Shown one piece after another: positions 9,794 through 21,700 of a stretch of 64,000 bases of DNA (position 1 is its first letter; every line of letters begins with the position of its first letter). The stretch is from an uncultured Pirellulaceae bacterium. Its GTDB lineage: Bacteria > Planctomycetota > Planctomycetia > Pirellulales > Pirellulaceae. The position numbers and the translations under genes were made by a program. The notes beneath the pieces were generated by a model that did not search any database, was not told the origin of the DNA, and was given only the letters and a program-made list of their open reading frames with translations. The stretch lies in contig CAKZVF010000008.1 of NCBI GenBank assembly GCA_937921995.1, forward strand, positions 2,050-66,049, read 5' to 3'.

Positions 9794-11479
9794 CTACCGC
9801 ATAGAAGACGCTTGCAGGATCGCTCGGTACTCACGCCGCGCGGTGTCCGCGTCCAAGTATTTAATCTCGATCGCGTGATCGGCAGGGCCCGCCGCGGCGG
9901 TGTCGACTGACAACGTCGCCATTGCCCAACGTCGGTCGAAGGGCGTTTGAGCAATCTGGGTGGCTTGGATTTTTTCGAAAAAAGTCAAACTGGTTTTGCG
10001 AGTCAGAATTCCGCTGCGGTAAACAATTCCAAATGCCGTGCGGGCAAACTGTATACTGCGACTCTTTTTGCTGGCGTAGGTCACCAGGATTGGCAACGCG
10101 ATTACCGTGACGCCACATCCCCAAACTCCAAAAAAGTAATATCCGATTGGCATCAACAATAGCGAAACGGAAATCGCAATTCGGGACATGCGTCGACCTG
10201 CCTTTGGGGCTAGCGGTTGCCAGTCATACTGTTCGGGTTGCCATTTCAGGCCCGGTCGCAGCTTGCCGATCATTTCACAGACATCTGTTGAAGGAATCAC
10301 GGGGATGAACCAGCGGCGGGAAACCGTGGTCGTGGCATTTTCGTTCTCAGAACTGGCTCCACCTGCGGTTTCAATACGAATCGAGGACAGTCCCAGGAGA
10401 CGGGAGACATAGTTGCTGTGGATGCTAACGAATTGAATACGTTTTCGAGGAACGGTCGCAGATACTTTCGTGAATAGCCCACAGGATATTTTGAAGTCTT
10501 CACCGGACAGGCTCAACTGATAGCCAAAGAATCGCAGGATGTACCAACCCACGCCCAAAAGCCGCAAAAGAATCAAACCTAAAACACCCGCCGCGATCAC
10601 CGCCACGGTCATGAAGTAAGGATTACTAAGATCCGGCAACCACTGAGTCAGAAAGGCCAAGTCATAGTCTTGTTGCTGACGCCGGTCCAACTGGAGGTAA
10701 AGTCCCAACAAAACGCTGATCATAATTAGCCCGCGGTTGCTGGCCAGACCAGCCTTGGCCAGCCATGCGAGAGGGATCTTTAAAAGAGTTGTGGGGTCAA
10801 GATCGTCGGTCCTTGCTTCGCAGTTGCCGGATATTTCGTCTGCTGGAGAACGCATGGCCGTTGATACGTCAACCGACGCTGAGTCCAGGGGAGGCGATAA
10901 GACTTCGGGGGAAGTGCTAACAACGCTGGACGCGTTTTCTTTCTGCGCGAAGACGTTTCGTCTGAGTAGCTCGACCTGAGACAACGACAGCACATTCAAC
11001 ACGGCTTCGGGTTTGGTACCACTGGCCGTTTCGACGCGCACTTCGGCAACTTTAAACAGGCGATGAAGCACGCCTTGAACCAGGTCGATGTTTTGAATTC
11101 GTTCTACCGGCACCGTCCGTGTCCGACGAAAGAACAATCCTTCGTTGACGACCAATTCTCCGTTGGAGATTCGGTATCGCACGGTGAAGTAGCGGATGAT
11201 AGAAATCGCGATCGAGGGAATCAGAAAGATCACCGCCAGGGAAATATAGAACAGGTTCCCGTTGGCCGCTCCAATGACGCCAAAAAGTGCTGGAAGCAGA
11301 TTGGATTTGATTTGTCCTATTAAAGAAAACACCAACGAGATCGGATGGAGGTACCTCTCTCCATCCGACGGAAGATCTGCCGGAGAAGTTGAACCGGTCG
11401 AGTTGGCGGCGAACGGATTCAGTGATCTGTCTGGCGTATCAAAATCGTCGCCGTTTTGGTCGGATGGATCAGACGACAT
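9794..11479 (-). CDS. YdbT-like membrane protein with bacterial PH (bPH_2) domains
   Basis: Three repeats of the G(L/I)..(R/K)...R/KIQ...ETA pattern; overlaps the YdbS-like gene; likely start MSSDPSD. Confidence 0.85.
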   Translation of the reverse strand: MSSDPSDQNGDDFDTPDRSLNPFAANSTGSTSPADLPSDGERYLHPISLVFSLIGQIKSNLLPALFGVIGAANGNLFYISLAVIFLIPSIAISIIRYFTVRYRISNGELVVNEGLFFRRTRTVPVERIQNIDLVQGVLHRLFKVAEVRVETASGTKPEAVLNVLSLSQVELLRRNVFAQKENASSVVSTSPEVLSPPLDSASVDVSTAMRSPADEISGNCEARTDDLDPTTLLKIPLAWLAKAGLASNRGLIMISVLLGLYLQLDRRQQQDYDLAFLTQWLPDLSNPYFMTVAVIAAGVLGLILLRLLGVGWYILRFFGYQLSLSGEDFKISCGLFTKVSATVPRKRIQFVSIHSNYVSRLLGLSSIRIETAGGASSENENATTTVSRRWFIPVIPSTDVCEMIGKLRPGLKWQPEQYDWQPLAPKAGRRMSRIAISVSLLLMPIGYYFFGVWGCGVTVIALPILVTYASKKSRSIQFARTAFGIVYRSGILTRKTSLTFFEKIQATQIAQTPFDRRWAMATLSVDTAAAGPADHAIEIKYLDADTARREYRAILQASSMR

Positions 11480-12086
11480 CGGATTCCTTCCGCTGGCGAA
11501 TGATTTCATCGCGCAGTGCGACCGCTTTCTCATGGGCCAGCCCGTCGATAGTGACGGATGAGTTTTTGGTGCCGGCGGTATGAATCGTTAGACTGCCAAT
11601 TTCGAACATGCGTTGTAGAGGTCCTTGGGATACGTCCGCATGTTGCGCACGTGCCCAGGGGATGGCGATCTCTTTCTTCCAAAAGACACCGCGCCGAATC
11701 TCCAAGCCAACATCACTCAGCTTCCACTTGATATGGCGGTGCTCGATCGGAGGCCAAAAAATGGTGCTCCAGAGAAGCGACAGGCAGACAAGTGTTAAGC
11801 CAACAGCGGCTAAAATCAAAAAGACCTGGTCAGCATCAGACAACCACATGGCCACAAAGCCTATGATCGAACCGAGCGTGAAAACGATTAGCTGAACTAA
11901 GGAAGCCAAACGTTCGGCAGGGATAAACCTTGGATCAATCGAGCGGAAATCTTTAGGATTGGGTTCGACCGGTGTGTCGATCGCCGAACCTTGGTCGATC
12001 AAATCAGAAGGACCTGCTGAATTCATTGGCGATTGTTCACCAGAGGAATCAGCTTTGTTCTGCGGATCGTTGGTTGGTGGTTGCAT
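11469..12086 (-). CDS. YdbS-like membrane protein with one bPH_2 domain
   Basis: Two TM helices then RGVFWK..IPWARAQHADVSQGPLQR..HTAG. Confidence 0.88.
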   Translation of the reverse strand: MQPPTNDPQNKADSSGEQSPMNSAGPSDLIDQGSAIDTPVEPNPKDFRSIDPRFIPAERLASLVQLIVFTLGSIIGFVAMWLSDADQVFLILAAVGLTLVCLSLLWSTIFWPPIEHRHIKWKLSDVGLEIRRGVFWKKEIAIPWARAQHADVSQGPLQRMFEIGSLTIHTAGTKNSSVTIDGLAHEKAVALRDEIIRQRKESDVV

Positions 12087-12272
12087 ACAAGTTTTGGAAG
12101 AAAAGGAATCGAACTATAGTGTTTCCTATTCAGAGTTTACCAGATTAAATTTGCAAAATTCTGTCACTACGAACTCGATTTATTCATCATTACGTTTGAG
12201 CTGAAATCGCGTTAAAAGCCGAATTTATTGAAGTTTGTTTCGGTTTGTTTCGATTGGTCAGGTTTGATTTTA

Positions 12273-12302
12273 GAAAAATCAGCACACCATTGCTGATTTT
12301 TC
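12273..12302. terminator. 12-bp perfect inverted repeat (terminator of the LacI gene or an operator)
   Basis: GAAAAATCAGCA-caccat-TGCTGATTTTTC. Confidence 0.5.
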
Positions 12303-12515
12303 CCCCACCCATGGGGCGTCGTATTCTTGTCCGAGTTACGCCCTGTTCTTGTGAACTTCAAAACGAGTGGTCGAAGCGCTCGCGGTTCGCGTTCCTGAAG
12401 CTGCCAAATTCTTGGCGTTCTTTCGTTCCAGTTGGGCCATTGCTTCAACGCCCAAACTCGACACTCAAACTCAATGCTGATTCAGTCAACTTTTAAAATC
12501 GCGAGTTTGAGCTTG

Positions 12516-13523
12516 TTACTTTGCCGGTGCTGAGATGGATTCGTGCATTTCAATCCAAGCGGACACTTCGACCTGCCGGTTGCCAACCGTTCCAGGCTCT
12601 ACCAATTCAGACAATGTTTCGGCGGCAGTAGCGCCCATTTGTTCCACGTCCTGACAAATCGCTGTCAATTTTGGAAATGTGTCGTATCGGGTTTGGGAGT
12701 CATCCACTCCCAAGACAGAAATTTGTTCAGGGACTTTAATGCCCGAACGGTGAGCCTCGGCGAGAAAGCCAACCGCAACCAACGGATCTGCAATGAAAAC
12801 GGCGGTCGGTTGTGGTTGAAGAGCCATCAGACGTTTAAGCAGTCGCGCCCCACTCTCTCTGGTGGCTGCGGCCCGGATCACCAATGTCGGGTCGGTTTCA
12901 AGTCCATTTTTTTTATGCGCCTCGATAAAACCGTCATACCGATCTGCATGATCTTGGTCCGATTTATCGAAGCAGGAAAACGCAATGTGCCGATGCCCCA
13001 GTTCAATTAGTTTTTCGACGCCCTGCATGGAAGCCGTCTTTGAATTGCAGTCAATCCAACTCACATCTGGCTCATCAAAACGCTCTGCAACAACAATCGA
13101 AGGGAACCCTTCCTTGGCAATTTCAATGCAATCTTCCCGATACCCCGACATGGCTCGTAAGACCGCACCTTGAATTCCGCAGCGATGAAACATCTGGGTG
13201 TAAGACTCTCCCGGATGTCTGGATTCCAGAACGTTGATGACGCTGAGAATAAATCGCTTGCTTCCCATCATCTTTGCCATTCCCTGCATCAGCGCGATAT
13301 CGAAAGGCGATGAAAGCAGCCCGCCAGCGTTAACATCGCCAAGGTACGCCACGGCCAAATTTGTCGGCCGGTTGTTCCCGCGTGAAGCCACATAACGGTG
13401 CTCGTTGGCGATCTTGAGAACCAGTTCACGAACGGCTGGATCGACGGTATTGCTGCTGTTCAAAACGCGCGAAACGGTGGCGGGCGAAACACCGGCCTCT
13501 TTTGCAATTCTTCTTACGCTCAT
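12516..13523 (-). CDS. LacI-family transcriptional regulator of the xylose/xylan locus
   Basis: N-terminal HTH IAKEAGVSPATVSRVLN plus periplasmic-binding-protein-like domain; divergent from xylA. Confidence 0.95.
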   Translation of the reverse strand: MSVRRIAKEAGVSPATVSRVLNSSNTVDPAVRELVLKIANEHRYVASRGNNRPTNLAVAYLGDVNAGGLLSSPFDIALMQGMAKMMGSKRFILSVINVLESRHPGESYTQMFHRCGIQGAVLRAMSGYREDCIEIAKEGFPSIVVAERFDEPDVSWIDCNSKTASMQGVEKLIELGHRHIAFSCFDKSDQDHADRYDGFIEAHKKNGLETDPTLVIRAAATRESGARLLKRLMALQPQPTAVFIADPLVAVGFLAEAHRSGIKVPEQISVLGVDDSQTRYDTFPKLTAICQDVEQMGATAAETLSELVEPGTVGNRQVEVSAWIEMHESISAPAK

Positions 13524-13713
13524 AAACGCCTCTCTCGGACCGAACTCAATTTCTCCAACTCTACGCCAATGGCTCCGAACAAAGGGATCAACCTAGTCAA
13601 AAGAGCGCAAAAAACGGCGGTTTTCGTGAAACGCGTGTCTTTTGAATGGGATATTCGGTCTGGCTCAGGTGGGTATGTTTGTGGCAAGTTTGGAGAATAG
13701 TCGATTTTATACG

Positions 13714-13727
13714 TGTAAATGTTTGCA
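13714..13727. promoter_or_regulatory. Putative LacI-family operator
   Basis: TGTAAATGTTTGCA resembles the TGWAANCGNTTWCA LacI-type palindrome, in the lacI-xylA divergent region. Confidence 0.5.
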
Positions 13728-13760
13728 TTTTGGCGGTTTCTGTCTATTCTCTACTTGCTT

Positions 13761-13772
13761 GAAACATGTTTC
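13761..13772. promoter_or_regulatory. Putative operator palindrome
   Basis: Perfect GAAACATGTTTC; related GAAACGCGTGTC at 13628-13639. Confidence 0.4.
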
Positions 13773-13923
13773 GGCAATTTGGTTCGTAAGCGTGACCTTC
13801 CAATTTTCTGATTGCCACGGTGATCGTCGATCGGAATACACCGAATAGATGTGAGAGCCTAACAAATCGGCAGTTCGTCCATTCCTTTTGCTGGAATTCC
13901 CTATTAATAGTTCAGAAGTCTCC

Positions 13924-15240
13924 ATGTCAGCATTTCCAACGATCAGCAAAGTCAAATACGAAGGCCCCGGTTCGGACAACCCACTCGCGTTCCGTTGGTA
14001 CAACCCGGATGAGGTTGTGGCCGGGAAAACGATGAAGGATCACCTGCGCTTCACCGTCGTTTATTGGCACACATTCCGAGCCACCGGAAGTGATCCTTTT
14101 GGTGGCGCCACCATGCAGCGGCCTTGGGATGATGGAACGGAATCGGTTGAGAACGCTTGCAATCGGGCGCGCGTGGCATTTGAGTTCTTCGAAAAACTCG
14201 ACGCTCCGTTCTACGCTTTCCATGATCGCGATGTGGCGCCCGAGGGCGCATCGCTTAAGGAGTCCAACGCGAATCTGGATGCGGTTGCGGCCGTGTTGAA
14301 AGAGGAGCAACAACGCACGGGTGTAAAACTGCTGTGGGGTACGGCAAACATGTTCAGCAATCCGCGCTTCATGCACGGTGCGGCAACAACTTGCAATGTT
14401 GAGGTTTTCGCATACGCGGCAGCTCAGGTGAAGAAGGCAATGGAGGTTACCAAAGAGCTGGGCGGCGAGAATTATGTTTTCTGGGGTGGTCGCGAGGGCT
14501 ATCAATGTCTTTACAACACCGACATGAAACGGGAACTTGATCATCTCGGTCAATTTTTCCACATGGCAGTAGACTATGCAAAAGAGATTGGTTTCACGGG
14601 ACAATTCCTTATCGAACCCAAGCCCAAGGAGCCGACAAAGCACCAGTACGATTCTGATGTCGCGGCTTGTATGAATTTCTTACGAACGTACGACCTGACC
14701 GATCACTTCAAACTGAACATAGAAACGAACCATGCTACGCTTGCCGGGCATGAAATGATGCACGAACTTGAGTCTGCCGGGATGCAAGGATCTCTTGGTT
14801 CTATTGATGCAAATACGGGTGATCTGCTGTTGGGCTGGGATACCGATCAGTTTGCGACAAATTACTATTTGACAACCCAAATCATGCTCGTTCTGCTCAA
14901 GTATGGACTTGGTTCTGGTGGTGTCAATTTTGATGCAAAGGTTCGCCGTGAAAGCTTCGAACCGGTTGATCTGTTTTACGGGCACATTGGAAGCATGGAC
15001 GCTTTCGCGCGTGGATTGAAGGTTGCAGCAAAAATTATTGAGGACGAAGCCATCCAGTCCGTTGTTGAGGATCGCTACAGCAGCTGGCAAGGTGAGCTTG
15101 GACAGAAAATTGAGTCGGGAAGTGCGACGTTTGCAGAACTGGAGGCGTTGATGCTGACCAAGGGCGAGTCAGCCGCAAATTCCAGTGGTCGGCAGGAGCT
15201 GTTGGAAAACATTGTCAATCGTTACTTGGATATTGCTTAA
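13924..15240 (+). CDS. xylA: Xylose isomerase (class II)
   Basis: [32 protein letters not shown] and GWDTDQF motifs. Confidence 0.98.
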   Translation: MSAFPTISKVKYEGPGSDNPLAFRWYNPDEVVAGKTMKDHLRFTVVYWHTFRATGSDPFGGATMQRPWDDGTESVENACNRARVAFEFFEKLDAPFYAFHDRDVAPEGASLKESNANLDAVAAVLKEEQQRTGVKLLWGTANMFSNPRFMHGAATTCNVEVFAYAAAQVKKAMEVTKELGGENYVFWGGREGYQCLYNTDMKRELDHLGQFFHMAVDYAKEIGFTGQFLIEPKPKEPTKHQYDSDVAACMNFLRTYDLTDHFKLNIETNHATLAGHEMMHELESAGMQGSLGSIDANTGDLLLGWDTDQFATNYYLTTQIMLVLLKYGLGSGGVNFDAKVRRESFEPVDLFYGHIGSMDAFARGLKVAAKIIEDEAIQSVVEDRYSSWQGELGQKIESGSATFAELEALMLTKGESAANSSGRQELLENIVNRYLDIA

Positions 15241-15383
15241 GCGCGGATCGGACCGTCCACCAGTCAAGTTACTCGCGACATTCGCAAGATTCTTGGGTTG
15301 TGATTCCAATGCAGCAACATTAAATAGGTTTTGCGGCTTTCAGCGGCTGATTCAAATATCTTTGTCGCAAGAAAAGGAATACG

Positions 15384-16976
15384 ATGGCAAGCGTTTCAAG
15401 TACTGTGACCGACGGAGATCAATTTATGGCAGGCGTGATCAAGAACCCCATTCTTCCGGGGTTCAACCCAGACCCTTCGATTTGCCGCGTGGGTGATGAC
15501 TATTACATCGCGACGTCAACTTTCGAGTGGTTCCCGGGAGTTCAGATCCACCATTCCCGTGACCTGGTGCACTGGCAGTTATTGACCCACGCGTTGAAAG
15601 AAACCCGTCTTCTGAACCTCAAAGGTGTGCCAAGTTCCGGCGGTGTTTGGGCTCCCGCTCTGTCTCACCACGATGGCAAGTTCTATCTTTGCTACACCGT
15701 TGTTCACCAACTGCAATCAGTAACAAAAGATACTCCAAACTACATCATTACGTCGGATTCCATCGATGGTCCATGGTCAGACCCCGTTTACGTGAATTCG
15801 TCGGGTTTCGACCCTTCGCTATTTCATGATGACGATGGACGAAAATATTGGCTGAACATGGTTTGGGATCATCGACCGGATCGGCACCCATTCTACGGCA
15901 TTGCCTTGCAGGAGATTGACTTTGAGCAAGGCAAACTTCTGGGATCGCCAGAAAACATTTTCAAGGGTTCGTCCATCGGTTTGACCGAAGGTCCTCACAT
16001 CTATAAGCGGAACGGTTGGTACTACCTGCTGACCGCTGAGGGGGGGACCGAGTATGGTCACGCAGCGAGCCTCGCGCGATCAAAAAGTATTCGTGGCCCC
16101 TACGACGTTCATCCTGCCAATCCAGTCATCACTTCGTCCGGTCGCAATGAATTAGCTCTGCAAAGAGCGGGCCATGCAAGTCTGGTCGAAACGCAAAATG
16201 GGCAGTGGTACATGCCTCATCTGGTTGGACGTCCTCTTCCGGGCACACAACGATGTAACCTCGGTCGCGAGACTGCGATTCAGAAAGTTGAATGGCGTGA
16301 TGACGACTGGCTTTATTTGGTCGGCGACGACAACGCACCGAAGGTGTCCGTTGCCGCTCCTGATCTTCCCGCCTGTCCATGGCCGGAACTTCCGAACAAA
16401 CTACCGTTCGATTCGATTCACTACGCGACGCCACGAATCCCTTCCCGCAGTGTCGTCAGGGAACCGGAAAAGGTAACGCTGTATGGTATGGAATCGCTGG
16501 AATCGTGTTTCGAACAAGCGATGTTGGCACGCCGGCTGACAAACCAAAAAACGGTCGCGACGACAAAGCTTGCGTTTGAGCCACAGTCGTTTCAACAGAT
16601 GGCGGGAATCGCGGCTTACTACAACAACTACCTGTTCCATTACCTTTATCTTTCACATGATGAGTTCGATGGGCGTTGCCTGCACGTTCACAGTTGTGAC
16701 GATGGGCAGTCAACTTTTCCGCTCGGTAGCGATGGCATTCGAGTGCCCGACGGCGAAATTTTTCTTCGCGCCACATTTGATAACGCGCGTCTTGATTTTT
16801 CTTGGTGCGAAGATGGTGAGAATTTTCGACCGATCTTGCCCGAGCTTGACGCCTCACTACTTTCGGATGAACACGGTACCCGATGGGGGTTCACTGGAAC
16901 TTTCATCGCATTGGCATGCCAAGACCTAACCGGCGCGCGTCGTCCAGCAGAGTTTTCCTTTCTCGAAATTAAATAG
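15384..16976 (+). CDS. xynB: GH43 beta-xylosidase (cytoplasmic)
   Basis: NPILPGFNPDPSICRVGDDYYIATSTFEWFPG, WAP, FDPSLFHDDDG, TEGPH motifs plus C-terminal beta-sandwich; alternative start 15426. Confidence 0.9.
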   Translation: MASVSSTVTDGDQFMAGVIKNPILPGFNPDPSICRVGDDYYIATSTFEWFPGVQIHHSRDLVHWQLLTHALKETRLLNLKGVPSSGGVWAPALSHHDGKFYLCYTVVHQLQSVTKDTPNYIITSDSIDGPWSDPVYVNSSGFDPSLFHDDDGRKYWLNMVWDHRPDRHPFYGIALQEIDFEQGKLLGSPENIFKGSSIGLTEGPHIYKRNGWYYLLTAEGGTEYGHAASLARSKSIRGPYDVHPANPVITSSGRNELALQRAGHASLVETQNGQWYMPHLVGRPLPGTQRCNLGRETAIQKVEWRDDDWLYLVGDDNAPKVSVAAPDLPACPWPELPNKLPFDSIHYATPRIPSRSVVREPEKVTLYGMESLESCFEQAMLARRLTNQKTVATTKLAFEPQSFQQMAGIAAYYNNYLFHYLYLSHDEFDGRCLHVHSCDDGQSTFPLGSDGIRVPDGEIFLRATFDNARLDFSWCEDGENFRPILPELDASLLSDEHGTRWGFTGTFIALACQDLTGARRPAEFSFLEIK

Positions 16977-16991
16977 CCAGGGGAATTAGAC

Positions 16992-18530
16992 ATGAAATCT
17001 CGAACGTTGCTGATTGCTTTTATCGTTTCACTTGGCGGATTCCTGTTTGGCTTTGACGCCGGAATCATCTCGGGAGTGATGGCTTTCGCAGCTCCACAGT
17101 TTGATCTCAGCGACGGTCAGCTTGGCTGGGTTGTGAGTTCGCCTTCTTTTGCGGCGATGTTTGCAATGCTGATCGCCGGTCGGACCAGCGATATCATCGG
17201 ACGTAAGCCGATCCTCTTGGTGATCGCTTTTCTGTATGCGTTGTCCGCCATGTTATCTTGCCGCGCCGGGTCTTACGAGTTGCTTTACATGTCGCGGATG
17301 ATCGGTGGGGTTGCCTTTGGAGCGGCGTTGATCATCGCACCGACTTATATCGCGGAAGTATCGACCGCGGAGCAACGAGGCAAACTCGTATCGGTTCAGC
17401 AGCTGAACATCATGCTGGGGTTCTTTGCGGCATTTCTTTGCAATTTCCTGTTTAATAAAATGTTCTCCGGTGGAAGTTCTTTTCTAACAGAAGAAAACGT
17501 TTGGCGATGGATGCTCGGCGTTGAAGCGATTCCAGCGGTCCTGTATTTCCTGCTGCTGTTTTTTGTTCCCAGGAGCCCACGTTGGCTGTACGCCCAAGGA
17601 CGCAACGAAGACGCCAAGAAGGTGCTTGCCAATTTGCACGGCGAAGCGGCAGGACAATCAGAGGCTGTCGATATTGAAAGGAGTCTTCAGGCTGAAAAAT
17701 CAACACAAAGAGGCAGCTTTTCGGATCTGCTCAAGCCATCGCTTCGTTTCATTCTGATTGTTGGTCTGGTGCTGGGAGTGTTGCAACAGATCACCGGAAT
17801 CAATGCGATTTACTTTTACGCAACCGGCATTTTCAAGCAAACGGGGATTGGTACCGACGCGGCGTTTACGTCCGGCGTCTTGCTCAGTCTCACCACCGTT
17901 TTGTTCACGGTTGTCGCAATGTTTCTGATCGATAAATTGGGACGGCGACCGCTGTTGCTGGTGGGCATGGCAGGCATTGCGATCAGCCTGTTGACTTGTG
18001 CCTACGGATTCAACCAAGCGACCTACAAACTGACCGGCGACAATATTGCGGCTCTCGAAGGCGTTGATTCTGCGAAGCTTTCCGAAATCGCAAACGTCGA
18101 ATTCGATAACGATGTGGCGTTCAAGAACAAGATGAAAGAACTCTTGGGCTCGCAATCGTTTGCGAAGAACGAAGGTGGCATCCTTGAAGCGGCGATCGAC
18201 ATGAACTCGATGCTGGTCCTGTGTGGGATCCTTGGTTTCATCGCATGTTTCTCTTTTTCGCTGGGGCCGGTGATGTGGGTGATGCTGTCCGAGTTGTTCC
18301 CGAACCGAATCCGCGGGCTCGCGATCGGAGCGATTGGTTTTGCGAACTCACTAGCAAGCTGGATTGTTCAACAGGCTTTCCCGTGGGAGTTGTCGAACTG
18401 GGGTAGCGCAATCACCTTCATGATTTTTGGCGTGATCGCGTTGGCAGGCTTTTTCATCCTGCTTGCTGTCTTGCCTGAAACCAAAGGAAAGTCACTTGAG
18501 GAATTAGAGGCAGAATTGGTGAACAGTTGA
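16992..18530 (+). CDS. Sugar porter family MFS transporter (XylE-like)
   Basis: GGFLFGFD, PRSPRWL, QQITGINAIYFY, PETKGKSLEE motifs. Confidence 0.93.
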   Translation: MKSRTLLIAFIVSLGGFLFGFDAGIISGVMAFAAPQFDLSDGQLGWVVSSPSFAAMFAMLIAGRTSDIIGRKPILLVIAFLYALSAMLSCRAGSYELLYMSRMIGGVAFGAALIIAPTYIAEVSTAEQRGKLVSVQQLNIMLGFFAAFLCNFLFNKMFSGGSSFLTEENVWRWMLGVEAIPAVLYFLLLFFVPRSPRWLYAQGRNEDAKKVLANLHGEAAGQSEAVDIERSLQAEKSTQRGSFSDLLKPSLRFILIVGLVLGVLQQITGINAIYFYATGIFKQTGIGTDAAFTSGVLLSLTTVLFTVVAMFLIDKLGRRPLLLVGMAGIAISLLTCAYGFNQATYKLTGDNIAALEGVDSAKLSEIANVEFDNDVAFKNKMKELLGSQSFAKNEGGILEAAIDMNSMLVLCGILGFIACFSFSLGPVMWVMLSELFPNRIRGLAIGAIGFANSLASWIVQQAFPWELSNWGSAITFMIFGVIALAGFFILLAVLPETKGKSLEELEAELVNS

Positions 18531-18542
18531 GGATCAAGGTGA

Positions 18543-18632
18543 TAACTCCAGACGCGTAAGCGCGGGATGAAAGGGCGAGAGATTCACGTACGTTTCCTTC
18601 ACGTACGCATCACGCGCAAACGCATCGGGTTG
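18543..18632. repeat. Degenerate copy of the taacccgacgcgtgagcg palindromic REP-like element
   Basis: taactccagacgcgtaagcgcg ... cgcgcaaacgcatcgggttg, similar to 40231-40294. Confidence 0.6.
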
Positions 18633-18701
18633 TGAAAACAATCGGCCCAATACTGCACTGCAATACACAAAGTTTATAGGCATTTACAAACGAGCACTAA
18701 T

Positions 18702-21700
18702 ATGACTCAAACAAAAAAAGTAAAACTTGCATTCTTGATGCTTGCGTTCGCGACAGCGCAAGTTTTCACTACCTGCCGGACGTTCGCGCAGCAGCAAACC
18801 TCAAACAAACCAGCCGATGCAACAGCCAAACAGTACACCGCAAAGTTCGCTCCACCTGCTGGCAACATCCTTGTCTTTGCCGGTCAGGATAACGCCTCGG
18901 TTGGCGGCACGGAAAAGTACAAAAACGGTTACGTAGATAACATTGGTGTACCCGCGGGCATTACGCACTACATCTACTTTTCTGAAGGTTGGACCAACAA
19001 CTTCAAACGTACCTTCGCCAAAGGCAGCGTTGCTGGACTCAACACCGAAACCGAATGGGCCGCTGGTCCGATGTGCCAGAAGCTCTACACTGACTCAAGA
19101 ACGCTTGATCCCTGCGTCATGCATGTCTCCATCGCGATGGAAGGCAACTGCGAAGACAAAGTCGCTGACGGTTCCTTCGACCACCTCATCGCCGAATTCG
19201 TTGACTTCATTGCCGACCATCCCGACCATCCCTTCATGATCCGAATCGGTTATGAATTCGACGGTAGCTGGAACAAATACGACTCGGAGAACTTTAAAAA
19301 AGCCTTCGTTCGCATTGTCGACGCATTGCGAGCCCGTAAGCTCACCAATTACGTGACGATTCTAGGATCATCCAGCATCGTCAAGCCCGGTCAATTTGAA
19401 GAATACGATCCCGGCGGAGACTACGTTGACTGGATCGGTTACTCTTGGTGGGGCGAAGGCGAAAATGAAGCCCAACCTGCACTCGACTACGCACGCAAAG
19501 TCGGTAAGCCTGTGATGATCGCCGAATCGACGGCGCGTGGTTTCTTCTTCAACAAACAAGATCACAAAGAAGTCTGGGACCAATGGTTCGAAAAATACTT
19601 CAATCATATTGAAAACAACAAAGACGTTATCCGGGCGATCTCTTACATTAACGCCGACTGGGACTCGCAAGAGATGTGGGATGATTGGGGAATGACGCGG
19701 ATCGAAACGGCACCGCTGATTAAAGAACGCTGGCTCCAGAAAATGGCCGAGCCACAATTCATTAACGCGGCTGACAATCCGTTTGGCCTGATTGAGTTCG
19801 AGCCGGGTAAGCCCGTCGAAGAGTCTCAAAAAGAAAATAAGCTCTATAAGAATTCCGGCGCTCCAGTCGAAATCCGCGTCAAGGACCTGATGCCGCGGAT
19901 GACGTTGGAGGAAAAAGTTGCCCAAATCACCGGCTGGTGGGACTATCGCGAGCAGGAAATGCTGGCTACTGGTGACATTTTCAAACCTGAGTTTTGGGCC
20001 GAAAAATGTCCTCAGGGAATCGGAAGCCTTGGCCCGCTGCACAATTTGACGATCGACGACGATGAAAAAATGTACGCAGCCGTTCAGCAGTGTTTCACCA
20101 ACCAGCGGCTTGGTATTCCCGCGATCCTGCATGACGAAGCTTCCCACGGGTTCATGCGATTCGAAGCCAACTCGTTTCCGACGCCGATCGGTTTGTCATG
20201 TTCGTGGAACCCAGACCTCATGGTCAAGCTCTATTCACAGGCCGGCCGGGAAGCTCGCGCGCGTGGCGTGTCCCACGTTCTTTCTCCCGTCGTCGATGTA
20301 GCTCGCGACCTGCGCTGGGGCCGGGTGGACGAAACGATGGGCGAAGACCCGTTTCTGGTCGGGCGATTGGGCGCGGCGATGGTACGCGGTCTCCAAGGTT
20401 CCGACGACGGTACGATCGCTGCGACGCACGTTGCTGCGACGCTCAAACATTTTGCTGGTTACGCTGGAACCGAAGGCGGCCGCAATCGCGCGCCATATCC
20501 TTACGGCCCGCGCTACTTGCTCGACAACGAAGTCCAGCCTTTCTACCACGTGATCCGTACTGCCAAACCGGCTTCGGTCATGGCAGCCTTCAATGAAATC
20601 GACGGTCTGCCCTGTCACGTCAACCCTTGGATGCTCAAGAATGTGCTGCGGGATTACATTGGCTTCGAAGGTCTGGTGGTCGGTGACTATCAGGGCGTTG
20701 ACCTCGTGCGGCAGTACCAGAAAATCGGCACGTCAGACGCCGACGCCGGGCGGATGGCTTTGCAAGCCGGTTTGCAACTTGAGCTCCCGAACAATTTCGG
20801 ATTTAAGCATCTGCCAACTTTGGTTGCGCAAGGCAAGGTCGACGTCGCCACGATTGATGAAGCCGTGCGCGAAGTGTTGGAACTAAAATTCAAGCTGGGA
20901 CTCTTCGAAGCTCCTGCGCGAATCGACGCCGCCAATGCCAAAGCCATCACTCACTCGCCCGAGGCAAAAGAACTTGCCGTCGAAGCCGCCCGTCAGTCGA
21001 TCGTCTTACTTCGCAATGAAGGCAACTTGCTGCCGCTGACTGTCGGTGACCACAAAAAGATCGCGGTCATCGGGCCCAATGCAAACGTCTGTAGACTGGG
21101 TAACTACTCCGGTAAACCGAACCAAACCGTTTCGCTGTTGGAGGGCATCACCACTTATGTCGGCGACGCCGCCAACGTCGTCCACGCCGAGGGTTGCAAA
21201 ATCGCCAACAACGACGCCGGGCATTCGTACGACAACTGGAGATACGTCAACGATATCGAGTTCACAACGGTTGCCGAAAATCAGCCGTTGATCGACGAAG
21301 CGGTCGAGATGGCCAAGTCCTCCGATTTAGTCGTGTTGGCTTTGGGCGAAAACGTGCTGCTGGGGCGTGAAGCGTGGGGCGGCAACCACATTGGCGATCG
21401 AACCACGTTCGACTTGACCGAGTCACAACAGGTGCTTGCCAAAGCGATACTTGCAACGGGGAAACCGGTCGTGCTTTTCCTCAACAACAGCAAACCGGTG
21501 ACTTTAAATGAGCTTGGCAATCAGATTCCGGCGATCCTGACCGGGCACTACGCCGGACAAGCGACCGGAACCGCTGCCGCAGAGATCCTGTTCGGTAAGA
21601 CGAACCCTTCGGGTAAACTGACACTCAGTTGGCCTCGAAGCGTCGGTCATCTGCCGGCCCACTACAGCCAACACGGCAGCGCCCAAGTGTTCGATTACGT

